64,000 nt of DNA, taken from NCBI GenBank assembly GCA_028825265.1, contig JAPKAM010000003.1, forward strand, positions 3,547 through 67,546, in the 5' to 3' direction. The notes under the pieces are model-generated. The model had not been told where the DNA came from and made no database searches. It worked only from the letters and a program-made list of their open reading frames with translations. Below are positions 31,616-41,512 of the stretch, piece by piece (within the stretch, counting starts at the first letter, position 1; each line of letters starts with the position of its first letter). The DNA comes from Planctomycetota bacterium (GTDB taxonomy: Bacteria; Planctomycetota; UBA8108; UBA1146). A program made the translations under genes and the position numbers.

Positions 31616-32276
31616 TTTCGATACCCGCGTCGACCAGTTGATTCGCCTGGTCAGAAAGCCGGCCCCACAAGGGGTCTTCAATCCATGGCGCGATCGGCAT
31701 GAGGAACTGGATCTTCCTCGCGCAGCGAAGATTCGATCCGACAACCTCGCTCATTATCTCCGAGCCCATCGGGGAGCCCAGGCGGTGCTGGTCGGCGAAG
31801 CCGCTGGCTGGGCCGGGTGCCGTTTCACCGGCATCCCCTTCACCGGAGAAAACCTGCTGGCCGGGTCGGAAGCGCTGGAATGGACCGCGGGACTTCCACT
31901 GAGAAGGTCATCGACTCGAGAAACGCCCTACAAGGAGCGCTCCGCCACCGTCGTCTGGGGAGAGATTGGCGGGGACCGACGAATCGTGCTGTGGAATGCA
32001 GTGCCATGGCATCCTCATCGACCTGGTGAACCACTGACCAACCGCAAGCCGACTCGTAGTGATCAGGAAGCAGGGCGAGTGATCCTGATGAAGTACCTGG
32101 AAATCTTCGACCAAGCGCAGCCGGTGGCGATCGGACGAGTCTCCCAGGAAGTGCTGGGAAAGATGGGCATCGAAGCAGAATACATCCGCCACCCATCGAT
32201 GGGTGGGCACCACCGATTCCGACAGGGTGTACGTCAACTACGAGGAGAGCTCACGCCTCCTTCACCCGTTCGATGA
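31602..32276 (+). CDS. uracil-DNA-glycosylase-superfamily protein (family 4/5-like)
   Basis: VLVGEAAGWAGCRFTGIPFTGENLL matches UDG motif A (GE.PG....G.PF.G..G.LL); WNAVPWHPHRP resembles motif B. Overlaps the upstream gene by 14 nt. Confidence 0.55.
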   Translation: MSRSDFDTRVDQLIRLVRKPAPQGVFNPWRDRHEELDLPRAAKIRSDNLAHYLRAHRGAQAVLVGEAAGWAGCRFTGIPFTGENLLAGSEALEWTAGLPLRRSSTRETPYKERSATVVWGEIGGDRRIVLWNAVPWHPHRPGEPLTNRKPTRSDQEAGRVILMKYLEIFDQAQPVAIGRVSQEVLGKMGIEAEYIRHPSMGGHHRFRQGVRQLRGELTPPSPVR

Positions 32277-32820
32277 AATCTCCAGTCTCGGTGGAAATCT
32301 TGACCAGTTCTCCCTCGGTCACGTGGTTGGGAATCTTCACCTGAAGGCCAGTTTCAAGCGTTGCCGGCTTGAACACGTTATTGACCGAATCCCCCTTGAA
32401 CCCTGGCTCCGTCTCGGTGATTTTCAAGACCACGGATGGAGGGAGATCGACCGAGATCGATTTCTCCTCGTAGAAAGTCACCACCACACGCTCGTTGTGC
32501 TTCACGTACGGCATCAGATCGCCGACGAAGTCGGTATGTAACTGGTACTGCTCGAAATCTTGAGTATCCATGAAGACGAAGAAATCACCTTCGGGGTAAA
32601 GGTACTCACAGTCCTTCTTGTCGAGGTAGGCGGTTTCCACCTTGTCGGCAGATCGAAAGCGGTGGGTGATGTGGTCTCCCCGCTGAAGGTTCTTCAACTT
32701 CGCCTGAACGGCACCACCACCCTTGGAGAGTTTCTTTTGCTCCAGTTTCACACAGACCCACAGGGAGTCCTCAAATATGATGACCTGGCCTACTTTTAAC
32801 TGGGTCGCTGGAATACCCAT
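32251..32820 (-). CDS. efp: elongation factor P
   Basis: MGIPATQLKVGQVI... and KPATLETGLQVKIPNHVTEGELVKISTETGDFIERV. Confidence 0.9.
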   Translation of the reverse strand: MGIPATQLKVGQVIIFEDSLWVCVKLEQKKLSKGGGAVQAKLKNLQRGDHITHRFRSADKVETAYLDKKDCEYLYPEGDFFVFMDTQDFEQYQLHTDFVGDLMPYVKHNERVVVTFYEEKSISVDLPPSVVLKITETEPGFKGDSVNNVFKPATLETGLQVKIPNHVTEGELVKISTETGDFIERVKEA

Positions 32821-32937
32821 CGATCCCTCTCCTCTCCTCGTGCACAAGCGCACGGTCGTTCGTTAATTCAAACCACTCGGGGAGCATACCACGAGCCTTG
32901 GGTGATGCGTATCTCGCAGGCACAGGGGCCAACGAAA

Positions 32938-34524
32938 TCAGCTGGATTCGGTGACCATTCCATCCCCGAGACCAGACTCCCCCTCCTTCGAAGCAATGAT
33001 GGCAGTGCCGACGGTGTCGCTCCAGACATTGACCACCGTCCGACACATGTCGAGGGGGCGATCCACAGCCAGCAGTAGCGCCGCACCTTCGAGCGGCAGT
33101 TTCAGAGCGCTGAGGATCGTCAACATCATCACCAGCCCTGCCGAGGGGATTCCAGCCGCACCGATGGAAGCCAGGAATGCCGCCATGACCACAGTCACCT
33201 GGGCACTGAAACTCAGTACGAAGTCACCCGCGCTGGCGTAATACTGGGCCAAAAACACCACTCCGATGCACTCGTACAGTGCCGTTCCGTCCATGTTCAC
33301 AGTGGCACCGAGTGGTGCGACAAAGGACGAGGTGCGATTCGAGACCCCACCACGCTTCTCCAGGGTGTTTAGGGTCGTGGGCAAGGTCATCGACGAAGAT
33401 GAGGTGGAGAAGGCGGTCATTAGCGCTGGGCTCATCGCGCGGACCCACTTCAGCGGGGAGACTCCTCCGACCACCTTCAAGAGCAGAGGTAACACCACGC
33501 AACTATGGATGATCAGTGCCAGCATCACCGTCAGCATGTATGCGCCGAGCGGTCTGAACACATCGAAACCGGTCTCGCCGATCACCTTCACCAGCAAGCA
33601 GAAAACCCCGTAAGGGACCAGCAACATCACCCACGAGGCCATCCTCATCACCACGTCAAAGGCGGCACCGAACAGATCGAGCATGAAGTTGCGCTGCTTT
33701 TCAGCAGCCTTGGTGATGAAGAAGCCAAAGATCAGCGAGAAAAAGATCACCTGGAGCATGTTGCCATTACCGGTGAAGGCATTGAATGCATTCTCCGGTA
33801 CCATTCTGCGCAGGATATCCAGCCAGTTTTCACTTCTCTGACCGAAGTCTGCATCGGGCGAGATACCGAGGCGTGCTCCGATGCCGGGCTGCAGAATGTT
33901 GACCAGCAGCATTCCAAGGCCGACAGCGAGAAACGATGTGGTGGCGTAGTAGCCGAAGGTACGACCGCCCATCCGGCCGAAATCTGATCCGCCTCCCAGG
34001 CCTGCCACTCCCGTCACAATCGAGGTCACCACCAGTGGCATAATCAACATCTTGAGCAATCTCATGAAGATATCTGCGATGAATTTAAATGGAGCGAGCC
34101 AACGCGCTCGAGTCGATTCTGGATCGAGAGCCACCAGTGCACTTCGCTTATCGCCAGAGAGCAGTTCGATGGTGACCACGCCTCCAGCACCGCGCTGCGC
34201 CAGGAACTCCTCCAGGGCTCGAGTGGATGTCGTATCCGTACCCTTCTCGTCATCCATGCCGGCGTTCATCGTGATGCGTTTCACCACATCACCCACCTGC
34301 AGCCCCTCGGATGCGTTCCTGCCCTTGGGAAGTTGATCCTGAAGCACAGCATCGACCCGAATTCCGACCGCCACTCCATCGGCGACCACCGGTTCCGGGG
34401 CAAACCTGGTCCCGACGCTGCCCGGTCCATCGGTGAATTGCTGGAGTCCAAAACCCACCACGACGCCTGCGATGAGCCAGATTAGAATCTTCCAATGCTG
34501 CTTCATCTTGAAACCCACTCTCAA
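32938..34524 (-). CDS. Na+/H+-dicarboxylate (GltP/DAACS) family symporter with PDZ-like insertion after TM1
   Basis: SSSSMTLPTTLNT and GIPSAGLVMMLTIL are DAACS signatures. An extra ~120-aa segment with GLQVGDVVKRI...VVTIELLSGDKRSALVAL (PDZ-like) lies between TM1 and the FKFIADIFMRLLKM helix. Confidence 0.8.
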   Translation of the reverse strand: MRVGFKMKQHWKILIWLIAGVVVGFGLQQFTDGPGSVGTRFAPEPVVADGVAVGIRVDAVLQDQLPKGRNASEGLQVGDVVKRITMNAGMDDEKGTDTTSTRALEEFLAQRGAGGVVTIELLSGDKRSALVALDPESTRARWLAPFKFIADIFMRLLKMLIMPLVVTSIVTGVAGLGGGSDFGRMGGRTFGYYATTSFLAVGLGMLLVNILQPGIGARLGISPDADFGQRSENWLDILRRMVPENAFNAFTGNGNMLQVIFFSLIFGFFITKAAEKQRNFMLDLFGAAFDVVMRMASWVMLLVPYGVFCLLVKVIGETGFDVFRPLGAYMLTVMLALIIHSCVVLPLLLKVVGGVSPLKWVRAMSPALMTAFSTSSSSMTLPTTLNTLEKRGGVSNRTSSFVAPLGATVNMDGTALYECIGVVFLAQYYASAGDFVLSFSAQVTVVMAAFLASIGAAGIPSAGLVMMLTILSALKLPLEGAALLLAVDRPLDMCRTVVNVWSDTVGTAIIASKEGESGLGDGMVTESS

Positions 34525-34525
34525 T

Positions 34526-35821
34526 TCATGAAGTGATGATGGAACATGACAACTGATCGGGGATCAGGTGCTCCTGTAGCCGCTCTTCAACCTCTTTGGT
34601 ACTGATCTCTGCCAGCAGATCGACCACCTCGAAGGGGTCTCCGTCGAGGAAGCGAGTGCCGCAATAACTTCCAGCGATGTGCTCGAGCGAGTTGAATGCA
34701 CGCAGCAGGTATCCTATGGCAGAACGCCGCTGGCGTTCAATATCGGTAGGGTCGATACCCACCTTGCGAATCTGGCCGACCTCTTCACGAATGACTTCGA
34801 TCAGGCGATCCGGATCTGACGAATCTCCGCCAGTTGCGGAATGACCCACGTCCGAATGAATCTGGTATGAAGTCGAGAAGGAATCGTCGATCAAATCCTG
34901 GCGGTACAACATCTCGAACAAGGGGCCACTCTGTCCGAAGACGCATTCGAGCATCACTTCAGTGACCAGTTCCTTGCGCATCAATTCCCGACCCTGAATC
35001 CCCGGGTGAATATCCTTCCACCCCAATAACACCTTCGATCGGCCCACCTGCATCTGCTGGTGTACCAGCTCCTTGGCCGGGCCTTCAGGTTCCTCGGTGA
35101 GAATTTTCTCCACTGCCGGAGCCGGTCCAAGATCCTGTTCGGATAGCAACCGTCCTGCGGCCTCGAAGAAGGTCTCCTGATCCTCATCGGCGACGGCCAA
35201 CAGGATCATGTTTGATGGGTGGTAAAAGGTACTCCAACATCGATCCAACAGCTGTGGCGTGATCCCAGCGATGGTCTGCTCTGTTCCTGCGATGTCCTTG
35301 GCCACTGGATGGTTCTTGTAGAGGCCCGCCAACAAGTTGAAGTACACCCTCCAGCCAGGATTGTCGGCGTACATCCGAATCTCCTGGCCAATGATGCCCT
35401 TCTCCTTCTCGACATTTTCTGCAGTGAAATGGGGTTGCTGGACAAACCGCACCAGGTGATCGAGGCATGGAAAGAAACCATCGACACAGGAAAACAGATA
35501 GGTGGTGCCAACGAAGCTGGTGAACGCATTGGCACTGGCACCCAAGCGGCTGAATTGAACAAACGCATCTTCTTTGGGGCCCTCGAACATCTTGTGTTCC
35601 AGGAAGTGAGCGATTCCATCGGGCAACCGTTCTTCGGAGCCACCGTCGATTCGAAAACGATCATCGACGCTGCCGAAGCGAGTCGAAAAACATGCATATC
35701 GACGCAGGTATCCCGGCTTGCGACAAAAAGCAACGGTCGCACCACTGATATGAGTCCGCTCCACGACGCGCTCGCCGAGGGTTGCATTCTCGAGGATGAC
35801 TTCCTCGCCGATCCAGGTCAC
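34526..35821 (-). CDS. M16-family zinc peptidase (pitrilysin-like, catalytic subunit)
   Basis: HFLEHKMFEG inverted zinc motif HxxEH. Confidence 0.8.
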   Translation of the reverse strand: MTWIGEEVILENATLGERVVERTHISGATVAFCRKPGYLRRYACFSTRFGSVDDRFRIDGGSEERLPDGIAHFLEHKMFEGPKEDAFVQFSRLGASANAFTSFVGTTYLFSCVDGFFPCLDHLVRFVQQPHFTAENVEKEKGIIGQEIRMYADNPGWRVYFNLLAGLYKNHPVAKDIAGTEQTIAGITPQLLDRCWSTFYHPSNMILLAVADEDQETFFEAAGRLLSEQDLGPAPAVEKILTEEPEGPAKELVHQQMQVGRSKVLLGWKDIHPGIQGRELMRKELVTEVMLECVFGQSGPLFEMLYRQDLIDDSFSTSYQIHSDVGHSATGGDSSDPDRLIEVIREEVGQIRKVGIDPTDIERQRRSAIGYLLRAFNSLEHIAGSYCGTRFLDGDPFEVVDLLAEISTKEVEERLQEHLIPDQLSCSIITS

Positions 35822-37116
35822 TGGGCCTCCTCCGGGGAAAGCAGGTAGATCAAGTCCGTATCGATTCGTTTCGCCGCTTCGATGACGCTCTCTCGAGTCA
35901 CCCTTGCCACTCGTTCGCGCAATCCCTCGATGGTCGGGTCTCGCCCCACCAGTCGCGAGACCAGATCAAACTCTGCCAGGGAGGAGGGCGAATCCTGGGT
36001 CATACTCAATCTTGAATCCCACGCATCGAGGGTCATCTGGAACTCATCGTCACTAAACTCGCCTCGCTTCACCACATCGATCTGCTCTAGGATGCTCTCT
36101 TGAGTCTGGATTGCGGTATCTCCGTCGATCCCAGCGTTGACCAGCATCAAACCAGAACTGCCATCGAAAAGGGAATTGACCGAGTAACAGAGACTCTGCT
36201 TCTCTCTCACCTGGGTGAAGAGACGCGAATGCGGAAAGCCGCCGATCACCCCGCTGGCGATCATCATCGACTCATGAAGGGGGTCGCCATGTCCGGTAGA
36301 AGTTCGAAACGAGATCACCAGATTGGCCTGCTGTCCCTGGAAGTGTTCCTCCAGTTTACGGACTTCCCCGGCACCCTTGCGCGGATAACGATCTGCAAGA
36401 GTCGCCGCTTCCTGACCGTGCCCGCCAAACAGGGGAAGCAACACTTCAGCCAGCGAATCTGACCGTGCTTCACCACTGAAATGTACGTACATCGGCGCAC
36501 TCTCGATGGTCTGTTGCCAGTCTGCGGTGACCGACTCCGGTGTCACATGCTCCAGCGACTCGATGGAGCCGTACTCATGGAAACGCCACGGCTCGTTCTG
36601 GCAAGTCTCCTCGATACAGCGCTGCATCGCCCAGGATCGCTTGTCGTCGAAGCGCCCCTCGATGCTTCTACGATGCTGGGACATCTCGGAACTGACGGTC
36701 TCTTCAGCAAACTGACCATCGACCAGATGCGGCTGCAGGATCACCTCGCAAATAAACTCGACGGCTTCGGCGAGAACTTGTTCTGTTCCAGGGAGGCGCG
36801 AATCCTCAGGGAATTCGGCGTTGATCGTGACGATCTGCCGCTGCCCTGCCCGGTCCACCGATCCGCCGATCCCAAGACCCCACAGTTCTTCACTTCTTCG
36901 ACTGATTTCCCTGAGCGAGGGAAAGGAGCGGGAGCCTCTCAGCAAGCAGGCGGGAACCAGGCAATTGCGAGCCGCTTGGGGCCCCATATCGTGGACCCAG
37001 GAGATCCTCAGGCGGCTCGTCTTCCTTCTCGCTTCCTTGCGGATGTGGAGCGACGCACCGGGAGCGATCTCACTCGTTTCGAAACCTGACCATTGGGATG
37101 AGTTTGCTCGGGTCAA
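35818..37116 (-). CDS. M16-family peptidase partner subunit (non-catalytic-like)
   Basis: M16 C-terminal-domain-like architecture, no HxxEH, 4-nt overlap with the downstream M16 gene. Confidence 0.7.
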   Translation of the reverse strand: MTRANSSQWSGFETSEIAPGASLHIRKEARRKTSRLRISWVHDMGPQAARNCLVPACLLRGSRSFPSLREISRRSEELWGLGIGGSVDRAGQRQIVTINAEFPEDSRLPGTEQVLAEAVEFICEVILQPHLVDGQFAEETVSSEMSQHRRSIEGRFDDKRSWAMQRCIEETCQNEPWRFHEYGSIESLEHVTPESVTADWQQTIESAPMYVHFSGEARSDSLAEVLLPLFGGHGQEAATLADRYPRKGAGEVRKLEEHFQGQQANLVISFRTSTGHGDPLHESMMIASGVIGGFPHSRLFTQVREKQSLCYSVNSLFDGSSGLMLVNAGIDGDTAIQTQESILEQIDVVKRGEFSDDEFQMTLDAWDSRLSMTQDSPSSLAEFDLVSRLVGRDPTIEGLRERVARVTRESVIEAAKRIDTDLIYLLSPEEAQ

Positions 37117-38294
37117 TGATCCTCCCCGCTCGAACTTCCGACCACTTGCTCGGAGAACTGAGTTCCAGTCTCCCCCAGCGCAGTTCGAATACTGTAAAGT
37201 TCGGGGACCAGTTTCTCGAACTGCTCGGGAGTCAACGCCTGACGCCCGTCGGAAAGAGCTTCAGACGGCTGGTCATGAACCTCGATGAGCACTCCATCGG
37301 CACCCGCGGCAACCGCAGCCTTGGCCAGCGACGGGACCCTGTAGGCCTCGCCACTACCGTGGGAAGGGTCGACAAATATCGGCAGATGGGTCCGCTTCTT
37401 CAGTTCAGAAATCGCCCCCAGATCGAGGACCACCTTGCGACTGGCAGCAGCGCAGCGGATCCCTCTTTCGCACAGGACCACCATCGAATTGCCACCACTG
37501 AGAATGTACTCTGCGGCCATCAACCATTCATCGATGGTCGAGGAAAAACCACGTTTCAAGAGCACTGGCGTCGAGGCCTGACCCAGTTCCTTCAGCAGTG
37601 AGTAATTGTGCATGTTGCGGCTTCCGACCTGAAGCATGTCGGCCACCTGACTGATTCGTTCGACGTCTCGCGGATCGAGCACCTCTGTGATGATCCCCAG
37701 GCCAGTTTGGTTGCGAACCTTCTCGAGAATCGGTAACGCATCCTTTCCCAGGCCTTGAAACGCATAGGGAGAAGTTCGAGGTTTGTAGGCTCCACCCCTG
37801 AACAGGTTGGCACCCGCGGCTTCGACCCGCCCGGCGATCCTCAGGGCTCGCTCCTCATCCTCGATGGCACAAGGGCCGGCGATGATCGTGAACTCTCCCT
37901 GGCCAATCGTCTGGCCTGCGACCTGGATCGGAGCACAGTCCGCCTCGTCATCCGGGGCCCAGTGCATCGCCGACTCGCCCAGCACGATCACCTTGTCGAC
38001 CCCTGGCCAACCGTCGATGGCAATCGTCTGCAGGGCGGCAATCTCACCTCGTAGTTCGAGGTATTGACGCTCGGCTCCATCCACCACCGAAACCGTCGCT
38101 CCTACCGACTCGAGCCGCTCACGGATCCGGCGTCGCCGAGTTGCGGGTAGCCCAGGGGCCAGTATCACGATCATTTCTGGATTGAAAGGGTTCGATTCCA
38201 TCAGTTCCTCATGCAACGCCGACCCGGCAGTGAGAGACAAAAAAAGAGCAGCGAGAACGCCCGTCAGCGGCGCTATAGAAGTACCACGAAGCAC
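37113..38294 (-). CDS. aroF: 3-deoxy-7-phosphoheptulonate synthase (type I-beta with N-terminal regulatory domain)
   Basis: FRGGAYKPRTSPYAFQGLG and VDPSHGSG motifs of AroA(G)/KdsA-type DAHP synthase. N-terminal ferredoxin-like regulatory domain. Confidence 0.85.
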   Translation of the reverse strand: MLRGTSIAPLTGVLAALFLSLTAGSALHEELMESNPFNPEMIVILAPGLPATRRRRIRERLESVGATVSVVDGAERQYLELRGEIAALQTIAIDGWPGVDKVIVLGESAMHWAPDDEADCAPIQVAGQTIGQGEFTIIAGPCAIEDEERALRIAGRVEAAGANLFRGGAYKPRTSPYAFQGLGKDALPILEKVRNQTGLGIITEVLDPRDVERISQVADMLQVGSRNMHNYSLLKELGQASTPVLLKRGFSSTIDEWLMAAEYILSGGNSMVVLCERGIRCAAASRKVVLDLGAISELKKRTHLPIFVDPSHGSGEAYRVPSLAKAAVAAGADGVLIEVHDQPSEALSDGRQALTPEQFEKLVPELYSIRTALGETGTQFSEQVVGSSSGEDH

Positions 38295-38318
38295 CTAGGG
38301 CTGGAAGCCAACCGCATC

Positions 38319-40139
38319 TCATTTGCGGTCGAAACGACGCTCCAACTCTTGCCAGGAGATGAACAATTCCGATGGTCGCCCGTGAGGGCAATTCCACGGC
38401 TGAAATGCCTGTTCTCGCCCTTTGACCAGATCCTCCTGAGCCTCTGGCGAGAGGGGCTGCCCCGCCTTCACCGCGGCCTTGCAGGCCATCGTCTGAAGCA
38501 ATCGTTCCCTCAGATCGGGGGGAGCGGCTCCAAAACTGCGAACCGATTCAAACTTGACCAAGACCTCCCGCAGCAAGTCGGCAGGATCACTCGATTCGAA
38601 TCCCTGGGGAACCGCACGCACCAGTGCCACGCCATCGCCAAACTCATCCGCTTCCAGTCCCAGTTCCGTCAGTGCCTGCTTGTACTCGACAAACAGGGAC
38701 CACTGATCGGGATCGAGCGGCACCGGCTCCGGCACCAGCAATCCTTGACAGAGGGTTCCTTGCTCTCGAGCGGCGAGAATTTTCTCATATAGGATCTTCT
38801 CATGGAGCGCATGCTGATCGATGACTCGTAGACCATCCGATTCTTCAAGGACCAAAAACGAGTCTCGCACCTGAAAAACCCGGACCGAATCGGAAACCAG
38901 GTTAGGGCGCTCCACCAGTGCCTCCCTCGATCCAGAGGTCGACGAATCTCCAGCGGACAGCGGATCTCCAGTGGCCAGCGGATCTCCATAGGAAGCCACA
39001 CGCTCGACCACGCGGTCGGCACTGACACCCGCAGATGCCACCGCGATTTGCCCAGCAGCCGGGATTAAATCTGGCAACGCCGAATCTTCCAGCGGCAAAT
39101 TGGGAACCGAACCAGCCGTCTCGAGAGCACTACGGATCGCCCGCCTGATTCTTCGGTGAACACCTTCTCGATCCCGAAATCGAACTTCCAGTTTCGATGG
39201 GTGCACATTGACATCGACTTCAGCAGGGTCGAGTTCGACCCCAACCACTGCGATCGGATACTGCCCTGGAATCTGAAAACCACGGAACCCTTCACGTACC
39301 GCATGCTGAAGCACCCGATCTCGAAGAGGTCTCCCGTTGAGAAAGGTCCAAATTCCATCGCCATTTCTGCGCTGGAGATCGGGACGCGCCACCCATCCCG
39401 ACACGCCGTCATCACTGGAGACCGAGATCATCCGGGTTCCGACATCCGATCCCAGCACCTCAGAGATTCGCTCTAAGAGCGATTGGTCTGCCGGGTACTT
39501 GAGTACTGTTCTTCCGTCGTGAGTGAGGGAAAAACCGACGGTGGGATGAGCTAGCGCTGCACCCTTGAGGGCTGCCGAGCAACGAGCCACCTCTGCCGAA
39601 CTGGCCTTGAGAAACCTGCGTCGCGCGGGCACTGCGGAGAACAGGTCCTTGACCGAAACTCGGGTACCCGGCCTCATGGCGACTGGCGATTGAGACTCGA
39701 TCTTTCCATCACTGCCATGAACACGGTGGGCCACGTCCTCTTTGATTGTGCGAGAAGCGATCTCCACCGTGGCCACCGATGCGATGCTGGCGAGCGCCTC
39801 ACCTCGAAATCCCAAGGTCAGGATTCGGTGCAGATCTTCGGCCACTTTCAACTTGGAGGTCGCATGACTCTCGAGCGCCAACGGAAGTTGCGTCGGCTCG
39901 ATCCCTTGACCATCGTCGGTCACTTGGATCAGGCGCTTTCCCCCGTCCTGGAGTTCGACATCGATCAGAGAAGAGCCCGCATCCAGAGAGTTCTCGACCA
40001 GTTCCTTGACCACCGAAGACGGTCTCTCGACCACTTCTCCTGCGGCGATCTGATCGACCAACAGCGCTGGCAACTTGATGATCTGGTTCCCTGATGGCTC
40101 CATCGACACTCCGTCATTCTTGTAGTTTACACGCCTCAA
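38319..40139 (-). CDS. mutL: DNA mismatch repair protein MutL
   Basis: LVENSLDAGSS, GFRGEALASI, C-terminal dimerisation domain. Likely true start at the internal MEPSGNQIIKL (~40103). Confidence 0.9.
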   Translation of the reverse strand: MRRVNYKNDGVSMEPSGNQIIKLPALLVDQIAAGEVVERPSSVVKELVENSLDAGSSLIDVELQDGGKRLIQVTDDGQGIEPTQLPLALESHATSKLKVAEDLHRILTLGFRGEALASIASVATVEIASRTIKEDVAHRVHGSDGKIESQSPVAMRPGTRVSVKDLFSAVPARRRFLKASSAEVARCSAALKGAALAHPTVGFSLTHDGRTVLKYPADQSLLERISEVLGSDVGTRMISVSSDDGVSGWVARPDLQRRNGDGIWTFLNGRPLRDRVLQHAVREGFRGFQIPGQYPIAVVGVELDPAEVDVNVHPSKLEVRFRDREGVHRRIRRAIRSALETAGSVPNLPLEDSALPDLIPAAGQIAVASAGVSADRVVERVASYGDPLATGDPLSAGDSSTSGSREALVERPNLVSDSVRVFQVRDSFLVLEESDGLRVIDQHALHEKILYEKILAAREQGTLCQGLLVPEPVPLDPDQWSLFVEYKQALTELGLEADEFGDGVALVRAVPQGFESSDPADLLREVLVKFESVRSFGAAPPDLRERLLQTMACKAAVKAGQPLSPEAQEDLVKGREQAFQPWNCPHGRPSELFISWQELERRFDRK

Positions 40140-40980
40140 AACGAACTGCTCCCTCGAGTGTATTCTCGAGCAACTTCGCCACAGTCATCGGACCAACGCC
40201 ACCCGGCACCGGCGTGATGTAGCCGGCGCGTTGACTGGCGGCATCGAATTCCACATCTCCGACGATCGAACCATCCTCGATCCTATTGATCCCCACATCA
40301 ATCACCGCTGCTCCTGGCTTGATCCATTCGCCGCGTATCATCTCTGGACGACCCACCGCTGCCACCACCACATCCGCTCGCCCGATGTGTGCGGCCAGAT
40401 CCTTGGTCTTCGAGTGACAGATCGTCACCGTTGCTCCTTCTGCAAGCAACAGTTGAGCGACCGGCTTTCCAACGATGTTGGATCTCCCCACCACCACAGC
40501 ATCGGCTCCCTGCAGCGTGACGCCGGCAGTGTGGAGTAGATCGATACATCCAAGAGGGGTACAGGGGACAAAAGTCGGTTGCCCGACCGCAAGCCGCCCA
40601 GCATTGACCGGATGGAATCCATCGGCGTCCTTGTCTGGAGAGATCCTCAACAACAAGGGTTCAGAATCGAGGTGCGAAGGCAAAGGTAACTGGAGCAATA
40701 TTCCGTGCACTTCGGGATCCTCATTGAGTTGATCGATGAGTTGTTCCAGTTGCTGCTGGGTCGCGTCCTTGGAGAGTTGGTGATGAAAGGAGCGGATACC
40801 GGTCCTGGCACAGGCTCGCTCCTTGTTTTTCACATAAACGGCACTGGCAGGATCTTCACCCACGAGAATCACTCCGAGCCCCGGAGGGTGACCGGTCGCG
40901 ACCTGGAAGTCGTGCACCCGCCCCTTCAGTTGCTTGCGGATCTCTTTCGCCCTTGCCTTGCCATCGATGATCTGTGCCAT
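40114..40980 (-). CDS. folD: bifunctional methylenetetrahydrofolate dehydrogenase / methenyl-THF cyclohydrolase
   Basis: MAQIIDGKARA..., YVKNKERAC, GHPPGLGVILVGEDPAS, VVGRSNIVGKPV. Confidence 0.9.
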   Translation of the reverse strand: MAQIIDGKARAKEIRKQLKGRVHDFQVATGHPPGLGVILVGEDPASAVYVKNKERACARTGIRSFHHQLSKDATQQQLEQLIDQLNEDPEVHGILLQLPLPSHLDSEPLLLRISPDKDADGFHPVNAGRLAVGQPTFVPCTPLGCIDLLHTAGVTLQGADAVVVGRSNIVGKPVAQLLLAEGATVTICHSKTKDLAAHIGRADVVVAAVGRPEMIRGEWIKPGAAVIDVGINRIEDGSIVGDVEFDAASQRAGYITPVPGGVGPMTVAKLLENTLEGAVRFEACKLQE

Positions 40981-41008
40981 CCGTTGATTCCTCCCGGAAA
41001 ATATCGGT

Positions 41009-41503
41009 TCAGCGAGTCCAGTCTCCACTGCGACCACCCGACTTTGCGAGCAACCGCACATCACAAATCTCCATCCCTCGATCGACCGCCTTGCACATGT
41101 CGTAGATGGTCAACAAACCGACCGAAACTGCTGACATTGCTTCCATCTCGACGCCAGTGCGCGCCGAGACTCGTGTCGATACTGACATCCGGATCCAGCC
41201 GCGCTCCCCATCTTCGCCATCTTCGACTTCCACGGTGACATGATCGAGCGCCAGCGGATGACAGAGAGGTATCAAGTTCGAGGTCTGCTTTGCACCCTGG
41301 ATGGCTGCGAGTCTCGCCACCGCCAGTACATCCCCTTTCTCCACCTCACCATCGATGATCTGACGCAAGGTCGAGAGTTGCATCCGGATCACACCCTCTG
41401 CAACAGCACGACGATCGGTCACCGCTTTGTCGCCGACATCGACCATCCGTGCGTGGCCCTCGGCATCGGTATGTGAAAGTTGAGGTTTTCCTTCGGCGGA
41501 CAT
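41009..41503 (-). CDS. moaC: cyclic pyranopterin monophosphate synthase MoaC
   Basis: [17 protein letters not shown]...IPLCHPL...[24 protein letters not shown]. Confidence 0.9.
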   Translation of the reverse strand: MSAEGKPQLSHTDAEGHARMVDVGDKAVTDRRAVAEGVIRMQLSTLRQIIDGEVEKGDVLAVARLAAIQGAKQTSNLIPLCHPLALDHVTVEVEDGEDGERGWIRMSVSTRVSARTGVEMEAMSAVSVGLLTIYDMCKAVDRGMEICDVRLLAKSGGRSGDWTR

Positions 41504-41512
41504 CTCGATCTC

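Noticed and set aside
40060-40140. Apparent single-nucleotide inconsistency between my base-by-base reading and the ORF-track frame near the mutL start / folD stop
   Set aside because: Could not be reconciled from the printed text. It is most likely my own reading error, so CDS coordinates are anchored on the supplied ORF track and treated as exact only to within a few nt where I refined starts.
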